Source of the DNA: Macrostomum lignano
Lineage: Eukaryota
Direction of reading: 5' to 3'
DNA: 64,000 bases
Assembly: GCA_002269645.1 (NCBI GenBank)
Contig: NIVC01000023.1
Location: 1,054,001-1,118,000 of the forward strand
A program made the translations under genes and the position numbers. Positions 11,238 through 23,620 of the stretch are shown here, piece after piece. The stretch's first letter is position 1; the number at the start of each line of letters is the position of its first letter. The notes under the pieces were generated by a model, which was not told where the DNA came from, did not search any database, and was given only the letters and a program-made list of their open reading frames with translations.

Positions 11238-14200
11238 ATGGGTGCCTTTCTTGACAAGCCGAAAACTGACAAGGTGAACGAATCTGGACACGGCAACGGC
11301 CTAGTTTATGGCCTGTCAAGCATGCAGGGCTGGCGTATCGAGATGGAGGATGCTCATTGCGCCGTTACTGGGCTGCCTGGAAACCTTTCTAAATGGTCAT
11401 TCTTTGCCGTATTCGATGGCCACGCTGGGGCTAGGATCAGCGCCTATTGTGCTGAACAATTGCTTAATGCAATCGTTGAGACTGACGACTTTTGTAATTT
11501 AGACCCGGAAGATGCGCCACCTTTGGATGATGTGAAGCGAGGCATCACGGAAGGATTTCTTAATCTAGACTGTCGGATGCGTCAAATTCCTGAGGTTTGC
11601 TTTTATCGCTTTTTATGTGCTTTTTATGCTACTGTCTATTCAGTAGCAAGTATAGAATTGAGAAGATGAGATAAACATGAGATAGACATTCAGGTAGTCG
11701 AGTCAGATAATGTACATTCATATAGGCGAGTCAGATAATGTACATTCATATAGGCGAATCAGACAATGTACATTCAGATAGGCGAGTCAGACAATGTACA
11801 TTTAGCTAGGCGAGTCAGACAATGTACATTCAGATGGCGAGTCAGACAATGTACATTTAGCTAGGCGAGTCAGACAATGTACATTCAGATGGCGAGTCAG
11901 ACAATGTACATTCAGGTTGGCGAGTCAGACAATGTACATTTAGCTAGGCGAGTCAGACAATTTACATTCAGATAGGCGAGTCAGACAATGTACATTCAGG
12001 TAGGCTAGATAGTGATTATGTTAATTTTCATTCATTAGGGCGAGAAAAATGCACTAAATTCGAAGTATAGCTTTACTCTGCCCTGGGCTGGGAAATGAAT
12101 AATTCATTTGGGTAATTATCACCTTCTCTACCTTATCTCAGGTGGAAATTGGCGAAGATAAGAGCGGCAGCACAGCCGTTTGCGTTTTAATTTCGCCGTC
12201 GCACATTTTTTTTGCTAATTGCGGCGATTCACGCGGCGTCCTGGTGCGCGGCGGCAGCGTGGCATTGGCTACCACGGATCACAAGCCTGTTAATCCTGGG
12301 GAGAGGGACCGGATTCAGAAGGCTGGCGGATCCGTTATGATTCAAAGGGTTCGTGTCTCTGATACTTGTGTTGTAGTGGTTTGGCTTGTTTTGTAGCTAT
12401 TTAACTTGTTTACCTGGTCCCCAGGTGGTCAATCAGCTCATATACACCTGTACCCCAGGTAGTCATACCTGTTACCCAGATAGTCATATCTGTTGTCATG
12501 TAGTCATACCCGTTATCGAGGTAGTCAAACCTGTTACCTAGGTAGTCATATACCTGTTACCCAGGTAGTTATATACATGTTACCCAGGTATTCATATACC
12601 TGTTAATTCATTTCTAGTTTTAACTTTTAAGAAAATAGAAAACCATTGATTATTCCCTTTATTTTTTGTACTCTTTCCTTAATCCCATTTCAAAGTACCG
12701 GAGGACCGGACTTATCAAAAAGTAACCTTCTTTACCGAAGTCCGGCATTTTAAAAAAGAACCGGAAAAAGGTGCCGCTTTAAAAACAAGTAACTTCCGGT
12801 ACTAAAAGTGCCGGAACTTTGCCCAACACTGCCTGTTACCCAGGTAGTCATATACCTGTTACCCAGGTAGTCATATACCTGTTACCCAGGTAGTCATATA
12901 CCTGTTACCCAGGTAGTCATATACCTGTTACCCAGGTAGTCATATACCTGTTACCCAGGTAGTCATATACCTGTTACCCAGGTAGTCATATACCTGTTAC
13001 CCAGGTAGTCATATACCTGTTACCCAGGTAGTCATATACCTGTTACCCAGGTAGTCATATACCTGTTACCCAGGTAGTCATATACCTGTTACCCAGGTAG
13101 TCATATATCCCTGCTCCCAAACCTCATCGCAGCTCCCATTCCCATCTTACCTGTAATCCAGGTAAACGGATCCCTAGCCGTCAGCAGATCCCTAGGCGAT
13201 TTCGAGTACAAAAACGTGTCAAACCGCGGCCCCACTGAGCAGCTGGTATCCCCGGAGCCAGAAATCTTTGCGATAGACCGGGACCAAGCCGCCGATCAAT
13301 TTGTTGTGCTCGCCTGCGATGGCATCTGGGACGTGATGTCTAATGAAGAGCTGTGCAACTTTGTTCTGCATCGGACGCGCGTCTCCGACAATTTGTCTCA
13401 CGTGTGCAACGAAGTTGTTGATACCTGCCTGCACAAGGGCAGTCGCGACAATATGAGCGTTATTATTATTGCATTCGATAATGCGCCCAAGGTAATGGTT
13501 TATTTATTAGTTATTCCCCGATATCATGTCACACCGGGTGTACAGCTGCCTTATGACTTTCAAACATGCGAACGTGTTACAGAATTCGTGCGTTTCTATG
13601 AAAGTAGCTCCTTGATGTTTTTGTATAACATTTTAATATAATATGATATATTATGGATCACGAATTCTGCAACATGATAATATGTTATCCCTTAATGAAT
13701 ACAAAAAATATGCATGTTTGCTTGTACATGTTTTGAAAAAAGTGTCGCTTCACAACGTTGAATTTCACTTTTACAGCGTCGAATTACGCTTTCACAACGT
13801 CGAATTACACTTTCACAATGACGAATTACACTTTCACAATGACGAATTACACTTTCACAATGACGAATTTCACTTTCACAATGGCGAATTACACTCTCAC
13901 AATGGCTAATTACACTTTCCGCAATGGCGAATTACACTTTCACAATGACGAATTACACTTTCACAATGACGAATTACACTTTCACAATGGCTAATTACAC
14001 TTTCACAATGACGAATTACACTTTCCACAATGGCGAATTACACTTTCCACAATGGCGAATTACACTTTCACAATGACGAATTTCACTTTCGCAATGGCGA
14101 ATTACACTTTCCACAATGGCGAATTACACTTTCCACAATGGCTAATTACACTTTCACAATGACGAATTACACTTTCACAATGACGAATTACACTTTGAAC

Positions 14201-15677
14201 CGGGAATCGTACTTGAGGGAACTTGGAATGGAATCTGTTACGAAGCACCTCCTAGCTTCCTCAGTTTTCCAGTTATCAAGTTTGTTTAATCCGATTTTCT
14301 CACTCGTAATTCACAGGTGGATCCCGAAGCTGTCGAGGCGGACAAACAACTGAACGAAAAAATTGTTAAAACTGTTAAGGATAAAATGGAGGCATCGCCT
14401 AATCTAGATCTGATGCAGCTGTTCAGCCACGTCAAGGAGAAGCTGCAGGATGAGGCCATGCCACCTGGGGGCGGGCTGGCTAGCAAGTGAGTGCCTCTTG
14501 GTCATACCCAGATTCTAAGATCCACAGTTGCTGGGTCAGCCTCCCAGATCCTCAGTTGCTTGGCCAGCCTTCCAGATCCTCAGTTGCTTGGCCAGCCTCC
14601 CAGATCCTCACTTGCTGGGCCACCAGCCTCCCAGATCCTCAGTTGCTTGGCCAGCCTCCCAGATCCTCAGTTGCTGGGCCAGCCTCCCAGATCCTCAGTT
14701 TCTGAGCCATCTGCCTCCCAGATCCTCAGTTGCTGGGCCACCAGCCTCCCAGATCCTCAGTTGCTGGGCCATCAGCCTCCCAGATCCTCAGTTGCTTGGC
14801 CAGCCTCCCAGATCCTCAGTTGCTGGGCCAGCCTCCCAGATCCTCAGTTTCTGAGCCATCTGCCTCCCAGATCCTCAGTTGCTGGGCCACCAGCCTCCCA
14901 GATCCTCAGTTGCTGGGCCATCAGCCTCCCAGATCCTCAGTTGCTGGGCCATCAGCCTCCCAGATCCTCAGTTGCTGGGCCAGCCTCCCAGAGTGTCAGT
15001 TGCTGGGCCAGCCTCCCAGATCCTCAGTTGCTTGGCCAGCCTCCCAGATCCTCAGTTGCTGGGCCACCAGCCTCCCAGATCCTCAGTTGATGGGCCAGCC
15101 TCCCAGATCCTCAGTTTCTGAGACATCTGCCTCCCAGATCCTCAGTTGCTGGGCCACCAGCCTCCCAGATCCTCAGTTGCTGGGCCATCAGCCTCCCAGA
15201 TCCTCAGTTGCTGGGCCATCAGCCTCCCAGATCCTCAGTTGCTGGGCCAGCCTCCCAGAGTGTCAGTTGCAGGGCCAGCCTCCCAGATTCTCAGTTGCTT
15301 GGCCAGCCTCCCAGATCCTCAGTTGCTGGGCCACCAGCCTCCCAGATCCTCAGTTGCTGGGCCAGCCTCCCAGATCCTCAGTTTCTGAGCCGTCTGCCTC
15401 CCAGATCCTCAGTTGCTGGGCCACCAGCCTCCCAGATCCTCAGTTGCTGGGCCAACAGCCTCCCAGATCCTCAGTTGCTGGGCCAGCCTCCCAGATCCCC
15501 CAGTTGCTGGCCCAGCCTCTTAGATTCGGTTTGTGGATCAGCTACCCTTGCTCTTAAAACCTCCCGAACTCGATCAGTTATTCGCTGGTGACTGTGATGG
15601 AGAACTTTTGCAACGCTTTCCAGAATTCCGATAATCGAGGAGACGCACAAGAGTCTCACGGCGACCCCGGATTCTGA
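11238..15677 (+). CDS. PPM1A: Protein phosphatase 2C, PPM1A/PPM1B orthologue; 5 exons (11238-11594, 12142-12348, 13162-13491, 14317-14486, 15578-15677)
   Basis: Motifs [79 protein letters not shown] and C-terminal PPGGGLAS. All junctions are GT-AG and in phase. The last-exon acceptor is the least certain. Confidence 0.95.
11695..12005. repeat. 27-28-bp minisatellite (GGCGAGTCAGACAATGTACATTCAGATA), PPM1A intron 1
   Basis: About 11 tandem units visible. Confidence 0.9.
12440..13105. repeat. 23-bp minisatellite (CCTGTTACCCAGGTAGTCATATA), PPM1A intron 2
   Basis: About 12 perfect units at 12832-13105 and degenerate units at 12440-12605. Interrupted by an insertion. Confidence 0.95.
12606..12831. 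mobile_element. One-ended hAT-like MITE fragment interrupting the intron-2 array
   Basis: Ends in GCCCAACACTG (CAGTGTTGGG-type TIR) with internal CCGG-rich subrepeats. Flanked by CCTGTTA on both sides. Left TIR is missing. Confidence 0.45.
13770..14195. repeat. 21-bp minisatellite (CGAATTACACTTTCACAATGA), PPM1A intron 3
   Basis: About 20 units. The ELHFHND-type ORFs are its translation. Confidence 0.95.
14515..15515. repeat. 28-34-bp minisatellite (GTTGCTGGGCCAGCCTCCCAGATCCTCA), PPM1A intron 4
   Basis: About 30 units with higher-order variant patterns. Confidence 0.95.
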
Positions 15678-16419
15678 AAACAATTGATTTCCCCGAGCTG
15701 TCGTTTTGTCTGCCTTGTGACCGATTGATTCATTACAAATTGAACTTCTACTAAAAAAAATAGTTTTAATGAGACAAAATAATCGAAATTTCAAAAAAAA
15801 GAAATCAATACAAGCTATGACAATAAGTGTGATCTGCTCGGGTAGTTATAATTGATTTTCCACCCTTCTTGTACTCGTATATCGATGTAATCAAGAAATT
15901 GTTAGTAAAGTGTGCGGTGTGTTTTAATATTTAATTTATTTTTAAGTTAAAATTATGTTTGTCATTTTATTACTTACATTTGTGTTATTTGTTTGTGTAC
16001 AAGATTTTGTTCAAACTGTGTTTTTGTCTTTGCTGAAAAAAATTCAAGTTTAGTTCGAACTGAAATTTCGCGATCGTTTTAAGCAAAACTGCCGAGTGTT
16101 GTGCGTTGTTGTGTTTTGCACTGTAATTGTATAAACCATCCGAAGTCTTTGTGTCATCTTATACTCTCGGGGTAATTCTTTGTTTACATCTTGCACGAGC
16201 GTTTTTCGGGTTATTTTTGTGAACTGTTTGTAATTTTAATTTTTCAAAAAAGCTTATGATTTTGTGTCCATTGCCCAGCGATATTTGCTGTTTACTCAAG
16301 AAAGCGTTTATTGCTTTGTTTGTTAACCGAATGTTTCATTCAGTACTGGTTACTGGGGTTTACGTAATTTCAATTGAAGTGTTGCTCGCTTTGAAATGCA
16401 ACGACTTTGCGCCTTCACC

Positions 16420-16905
16420 GTAAATTCACTCCCTACCGGCCTGCCCCAATGTACATTCACTCCCTACCGGCCTGCCCCAATGTACATTCACTCCCTACCG
16501 GTCTGCCCCAATGTACATTCACTCCCTACCGGCTTGCCCCAATGTACATTCACTTCCTACCGGCTTGCCCCAATGTACAGTCAATCCCTATCTACCTGCC
16601 CCCAATGTACATTCACTTCCTACCAGCCTGCCCCCCTTCCCCCCAAAGTACATTCAATTCCTCCCGGCCTGCCCCCAATGTACATTCACTCCCTACCGGC
16701 TTGCCCCAATGTACATTCACTTCCTACCGGCTTGCCCCAATGTCACTCCCTACCGGCTTGCCCCAATGTCACTCCCTACCGGCTTACCCCAATGTACATT
16801 CACTTCCTACCGGCCTGCCCCCATTGTACAGTCAATCCCTATCTGCCTGCCTCCTTCCCCCCAAAGTACATTCAATTCCTCCCGGCCTTCCCCCAATGTA
16901 CATTC
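16420..16905. repeat. 31-bp minisatellite (CCCAATGTACATTCACTCCCTACCGGCCTGC) downstream of the PPM1A stop
   Basis: Tandem units lying between two T-rich, 3'-UTR-like tracts. Confidence 0.9.
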
Positions 16906-18504
16906 AATGGACATAAAACGAGTCCTATACTCGTATACTAATTGAAGGGAGCAACATTAAAATCGAGTTATTTATTTCGACTACTCGTAGCAAGAGTTAT
17001 TAATAATTAAAAGATAACAAGCCAGACACGCTGAACATACCATCTGTTGTACAGTTTAAAATATTTTACTTCTTTTTAACTTGAACATGTATAAACGTGT
17101 TAATTCAATAAGCAGAAATTTCATCGCTCCCTTATTTATTAATTATTTTGTGAATCCAACTGGCGTCGCTCAGGCCTGCATGTTTCCTATTTTGTTCTCT
17201 TTGAAATAGAATGTACTTCAGAGATTTTGTACAGTAAGTTCGGGTGCCCAAATCTTCTATTCATTTTTTGCTTATTTATTTATATTGTTTCCTGGTGTTC
17301 GACTGAGTAATTTATCAGAATTTTCACACACTTGTTTGATTAAAATATCGTAAAGTTATTTTTTGTCTGTGTGCAGCCTGCGTGCGCTTTCTTTTTGTGT
17401 CTCTCTGATTGATGGCATGCGTCAGTCTGTTCGTTGTTGTAGTTGGCTGGTTGGCCAGTTGATTAAATAAAGTTGCTACTTTATATAGGTTTATATGATC
17501 TGTAATTGATAGTTAAGTAAACAGAGTTTTATATAAACTTGTGTTAGGCGATTAGTCGCAACCTATATATGAGTATGCTACTCAATTAAGTGTTCAAGTA
17601 GTTAGTCGCGATAGGCTATAAAAGTTTATGGATAAAAATTAAGAATTAATATAATTTGCGCGTTAACTAACCTTATAGATACATAGTTGCACATAAGTAT
17701 GAATTATTATTATTATTAATATATTTATTGTTATAACAATGGTGCACCCGAGATTAGCTCCTAGGTGCGCTAGTGTGTGATAAAATAATCTACTTATAAT
17801 ACTTATTTATTTATCCAATCAAATTCGCCCCTTTTACCCTTTCTATATCACTAATCCGCTTAATTTGCACTATATACTACTATTAATCTAAGCGTTTTTC
17901 ATAATCAATGCTTCTATTATTTTTGTCTGGCCGGCGCCATTTCATCCTTGTAAAATTTTCTCAAAAACCAATATTATATTTATATACAGTTTGGTCAAGT
18001 CAAGTAGTAATTAATTATATAATTCCATTAATGTGAGTGAGTTATCAACTATCAACTATAACTATAATCATTAATAATTACCTTTATACTCCTGGTACAC
18101 ATCGCCTTGCTCTAATTAAAAAAACTGAAACTGTCTGCCATAGTAGTAAAATTCATTAAAATTTAATTACTTCTACTATTTTATTTTTGTTTATTTATAG
18201 CTCGTAAAATTCGTGCGCAACATTTCGATGGCGATGATTCGAAGAATTTCTCGGTTTTTCTACGAAATAATTTTGGCCATTTTTTATTGCGCTTGTAAAA
18301 CTCCCCTGTTGTCTCATGGTTGAGTTGAAAAATATATACAAATCTATTCGACGCATTGTGTGCGAATGTTGAAATCATATAGGAATGTGGGAGCTAGAGA
18401 TATAAGTATGATTTTAACTCTTGCGTAATAACCTAACTCTAAATAAATTCACTGGATCATTTTGTGTTTTCATCTGTTTTTTATTTTCTAAGTTTGTCGT
18501 ATGT

Positions 18505-18895
18505 AAATGGTACAGTGCTGGGGTTGAAAATTGGGCTTGTGTGTACATTGAGTATGTACAGTGCTGGAGTTGAAAATTGGGCTTGTATGAACATTGAGTA
18601 TGTACAGTGCTGGGGTAGAAAATTAGGCCTGTGAGTACATTGAATATGTACAGTGGTGGGGTAGAAAATTGGGCTTGTGTGTACATTGAATATGTACAGT
18701 GCTGGGTAGAAAATTGGGCTTGTGTGTACATTGAGTATGTACAGTGACTGGGGCAGAGAAATTGGGCCTGTGTGCACATTGAGTGTGTACAGTGACTGGG
18801 GCAGAGAAATTGGGCCTGTGTGTACATTGAGTGTGTACAGTGTCTGGGGCAGAGAAATTGGGCCTGTGTGTACATTGAGTGTGTACAGCCTGAGG
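18505..18895. repeat. ~46-bp minisatellite (GTACAGTGCTGGGGTAGAAAATTGGGCTTGTGTGTACATTGAGTAT)
   Basis: About 8 units, upstream of the unassigned gene. Confidence 0.9.
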
Positions 18896-19205
18896 TAGAG
18901 ATCAATCGGGGCTGTTTGCATAGTAGATCTGCAATTATTAAATGTATTAATTACATAGCAGTGTGCTACGAACTATATAAAAGAATTCTTTCATAGGCTC
19001 AAACGTCTATGGCAAAGATACATGTAGCAGCAAAATGCTGCTTTGATTAAACTTGAAGAACTAAAATAGCTTTTCTAATTCCTCACAAGCCCGATAATGT
19101 CGATATAAACTTGTCGCTTGCAAAGGTTACTCATACATCGGCTCTGGAGCACAGGTAGCTAAATAAGACAATTTTTGTACGCTGTGAGTCAGAGCGGCAG
19201 CAATT

Positions 19206-20726
19206 ATGGACTTTGTTGACAAGCAGGGCAGCTCGGCGGGCACTTCGGCTCATCATCCATGGTGGGACGAGGTCCGCTATTCTAATCATCCAGCTGTGGG
19301 ACAGTCACCAGGTGAGGTCGATCGATTGGCTGGGTAATATTCAAACTTTTTTGGAAGGCCTGCTGCTTTAACTATCAATATCAACTCACACCAAATTAAT
19401 TGTTATTTTCTAGCGCCTTATCAGCACCTGCATGAGTGCAGCGTCTTGCCTTCAGCCGCCTCAACCCCAACGCCCAGGCATTCGGCGAGAATGTCGCCCT
19501 CGCCAAGTCAGCTTCGATATCAGCCTCATCATCAGCAGCAGCAGCAGCTTCACAGGTTCGCGCACGAGCACTCCGATCCGTCATCGTCCAGGATTGTCTC
19601 GCCAGGCTCCGTTTCCATGGCAACCGCCACCGGAGGCGCGGCGGCTTCCGTTGCCACAGTCGTCACCTCCTCGGAGATCGATTGGTTGAACCAGCAGCTG
19701 ACGGACATTCAACAGCTGCGAAGGCATTCGCAGTTGAATGGCGGCGAGGATCGAACTGAGCAACGTGAAGAGGTCAACGTTAACAATGCGGAACTGCGGC
19801 AGGACCAAGGAGTAGGAGACAATGCCAGCAATATTCAAGCAGGTTCGTCGCAACCAGAATCCTCACAGCCAGAATCCTCACAGCCAGAATCCTCGCAACC
19901 AGAATCCTCGCAACCAGAATCCTCGCAACCAGAATCCTCGCAACCAGAATCCTCACAGCAAGAATCCTCACAACCAGAATCCTCACAACCAGAATCCTCA
20001 CAGCCAGAATCCTCGCAACCAGAATCCTCGCAACCAGAATCCTCGCAACCAGAATCCTCACAACCAGAATCCTCACAGCAAGAATCCTCACAACCAGAAT
20101 CCTCACAACCAGAATCCTCACAGCCAGAATCCTCACAACCAGAATCCTCACAACCAGAATCCTCACATCCAGAATCCTCACAACCAGAATCCTCACAGCC
20201 AGAATCCTCACAACCAGAATCCTCACAGCCAGAATCCTCACAACCAGAATCCTCACAGCCAGAATCCTCACAGCCAATCCACCCACTGAAATTTAATCTT
20301 AGCCCGACGACATTCTACCGCCGCGTCGCCCTGTCGCCATGGCAACCGGCATCATCGCCGTCGGCATCATCGCCGCCGACGCTATCATCGCCGACGCCGC
20401 TCTCCAACGTCGTTTTCGTCGCGCACATCGTCATCTTTGTCCAACACGCGAGACGGCAGCTCGGCCGGTTCAGCCTTCTCATCTTCATCGACTGATTCCG
20501 AGTCCGAGTCGTCTCGATCGTCACACGCCGCCGCCGCCGCCGCCGATGCCGTCGGCGCTGCTTCCAGGAGCTTCGCAGCGATGCCGAAGCAGGTCGACAG
20601 CGGCCTCGGCGGCGGGCCCAGCATCGAGTCCGTGTACACCAATTTCCTCAGCATCTCGCAGCGGTTGAGCTCCTTGATATCCGAATATTACAGCGGCGCT
20701 GCTCCGCTGGACTTCAACGGTCAGCA

Positions 20727-20757
<31 letters not shown>

Positions 20758-20990
20758 ACCAGGCAGCTGTCGCTGGTGGCCTCTCGCAGCGCTGCCGCCG
20801 CAATCTATCAGGGCGACGACACTCCTGAGGAGAAATCTCCCAATAATCCCGTCGCTTCTTCGTCGCTGATTTTGCCCAGCCCGTTGAGACGGTCAATGAG
20901 CAATCGGCGCAGGGAGCAGGGACTTCAGCAGCAGCAGCAGCAGCGGGTTCAGCTGCCGCCGCCTCCGCGACCTCTGCCACCGCTGCCGCA

Positions 20991-21030
<40 letters not shown>

Positions 21031-22752
21031 GAGTTAAGGGCATCTAAAAAAGAGCGAAAAGAAAAGTCTAAGTCTAGGCATCATCATTCGAAGAGTAAGG
21101 TAAATATATCCCCGATGGTTTGTGAATCATCCTGATAATTTGTGAATCATTCCCGTTGATTTGTGAATCATCTCGTCTATTTGTGAATCATTCCCATGAT
21201 TTGTGAATCACCTGATGACTTGTGAATCATCCCTGATGTTTTGTGAATCATCCCTGATGTTTTGTGAATCATCCCCGATATTTTTTAATCATCCCGATGA
21301 TTTGTGAATCATTCCCATGATTTGTGAATCACCCGATGATTTGTGAATCATTCCCATGATTTGTGAATCACCCGATGATTCGTAAATCATCCCTGATGTT
21401 TTGTGAATCATCCCCGATATTTTTTTAATCATCCCGATGATTTGTGAATCATCCTAATTAGATGTGAATCACCTCGATTATTTGTGAATCATCCCAGCTA
21501 TTTGTGAAACATCCTAATTCGTCTGTGAATGATCCCAATTCAGTCTGTGAATGATCCCAATTCAGTCTGTGAATGATCCCAATTCAGTCTGTGAATGATC
21601 CCAATTCAGTCTGTGAATGATCCCAATTCAGTCTGTGAATGATCCCAATTCAGTCTGTGAATGATCCCAATTCAGTCTGTGAATGATCCCAATTCAGTCT
21701 GTGAATGATCCCAATTCAGTCTGTGAATGATCCCAATTCAGTCTGTGAATGATCCCAATTCAGTCTGTGAATGATCCCAATTCAGTCTGTGAATGATCCC
21801 AATTCAGTCTGTGAATGATCCCAATTCAGTCTGTGAATGATCCAAATCTATGACTGCATGACTAGCCAAATGTCTCCCCCAGCAGCAGCACCGATCAGAG
21901 AGCATCGCGGGCGGCAGCGGCAGCAACAGCAAAGGCGGTTTCGGCAGCCGGATTCGAGCCTCTCTAAGCAAGAAATTTTCCCCAAGACAACGACATCCGC
22001 AACAGGATGAGCAGTCGGCTGTTGCTGAAGAGCATCTGCAGCAGCAGCAAAAGCAACACGAAAACTTCAATCAGAAGAAGGAGCTGGCCTCGCGACCAAC
22101 AGCAACAACAACAGCAGCGGCGGCGTCGGGGGCGGCATCGTCGACCGTCGATTATCCTCGGAGCAACATTGGCAGAGAGGCTGCTGTCAACGAAGCTGCG
22201 TCGGAGACAAAAGAATCATCGACGACAGCTTTGGCTGCGGCGGCGGCAGTGTCGGCGGCGGGCGAATCGGCTCGGCAGCCAGTCGGTCTGGACAGTCGGG
22301 TGCCGTTGTTATTCAGCGACAGCCAGCCTGCCGATCCCTGCTTAGCCAAGTTGCAGCGGCTCCGGGCCACTGTGCTGGATTTGGTTCAGCGCAGCGTCGA
22401 CCCGGTGCTGAAGTCGTTGCGCGACATTCAATCGGCTGGCACTGGTGGCGGCGCTAAAGCCGCGCCTCAGACTGCCGGCGCCGGGGTGGCGACTGAAGTG
22501 TCGGCCACTCTGGCCGACGTGATGTCGCTGATGGAGCTGCTAAGCCGCAGCGTGATGCTGGTCTCCATGCACAACCTTGATCCCAACTCGCTGAAGCTGG
22601 TGTACTTGTCGTCGAGTTATATTAGATCGTTGAAGAGGCTGTCGAAAGGCTTGCAGGCTTCTGACTTGGTCGCTTCGGCTGGCGGCACCGCCGATGAAGC
22701 TGCCGCCGGAGATGCTGAGGATGCTGACCGGGTGAGCCGGCTGGAGCTCTAG
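19206..22752 (+). CDS. Unassigned 733-aa low-complexity protein; 4 exons (19206-19311, 19414-19842, 20303-21099, 21883-22752)
   Basis: ATG at 19206. Junctions CAG|GTGAGG..TTCTAG, CAG|GTTCGT..TCTTAG and AAG|GTAAAT..CCCCAG join the separate ORF pieces into one open frame of 2202 nt ending TAG. Contains His/Arg-, Ser-, Pro-, Gln- and Ala-rich tracts and a C-terminal amphipathic helical region. No family recognised. Confidence 0.75.
19850..20275. repeat. 15-bp minisatellite (CAACCAGAATCCTCA), intron 2 of the unassigned gene
   Basis: About 28 units, translating as PESSQ in the frame of the preceding exon. Confidence 0.95.
21115..21843. repeat. Compound array in intron 3: degenerate ~20-bp (TTGTGAATCATCCCGATGAT), then near-perfect 22-bp (GTCTGTGAATGATCCCAATTCA) x ~14
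   Basis: Direct reading; the switch occurs near 21520. Confidence 0.95.
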
Positions 22753-22849
22753 GCATCGCCTGCTCGCTGATTGGTGCGGACTTGTTTAGTGCATCAGGAT
22801 AAGCCATGCGGTTCAGTTCTCAGCCTGCAAATGTTCGAGGCTTGATTGT

Positions 22850-23620
22850 CTGTGCCTGGTGTGTCTGATGTGTCTCTGATGTGTCTCTGGTGTGTCTCTG
22901 GTGTGTGTCTGGTGTGTGTCTGGTGTGTCTCTGGTGTGTCTCTGGTGTGTCTCTGGTGTGTCTCTGGTGTGTGTCTGATGTGTATCTGGTTTGTCACTGA
23001 TGTGTCTCTGATGTGTCTCTGGTGTGTCTCTGGTGTGTGTCTGATGTGTATCTGGTTTGTCACTGATGTGTCTCTGATGTGTCTCTGGTGTGTCTCTGGT
23101 GTGTCTCTTGTGTCTCTTGTGTGTCTCTTGTGTCTCTGGTGTGTCTATGGTGTGTCTCTAGTGTGTCTATGGTGTGTCTCTGGTGTGTCTCTAGTGTGTC
23201 TCTAGTGTGTCTCTTGTGTGTCTCTTGTGTCTCTGGTGTGTCTATGGTGTGTCTCTAGTGTGTCTATGGTGTGTCTCTGGTGTGTCTCTAGTGTGTCTCT
23301 AGTGTGTCTCTTGTGTGTCTCGTGTGTCTCTGATGTGTCTTAGGTGTAACTCTGGTGTCTCTAGTGTGTCTATGGTGTGTCTCTAGTGTGTCTCTTGTGT
23401 GTCTCTTGTGTCTCTGGTGTGTCTATGGTGTGTCTCTAGTGTGTCTATGGTGTGTCTCTGGTGTGTCTCTAGTGTGTCTCTTGTGTGTCTCTGATGTGTC
23501 TTAGGTGTAACTCTGGTATCTGGTATCACTCTGGTGTCTCTTATGTCTCTTGTGTCTGGTACTGTCTCTGGTGTTTCTGGTGTCCCTCTGGTGTCTCTTT
23601 TGTACCTCTCTGGTGTCTCT
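22850..23620. repeat. 10-12-bp low-complexity satellite (GGTGTGTCTCT)
   Basis: Direct reading. The CLWCVSGV-type ORFs are artefacts of it. Confidence 0.9.

Noticed and set aside
14286-15591. Pro/Ser-rich ORFs and antisense ORFs over PPM1A, IFT122 and IRE1 exons
   Set aside because: Explained as repeat translations or as shadow frames of GC-rich coding exons.
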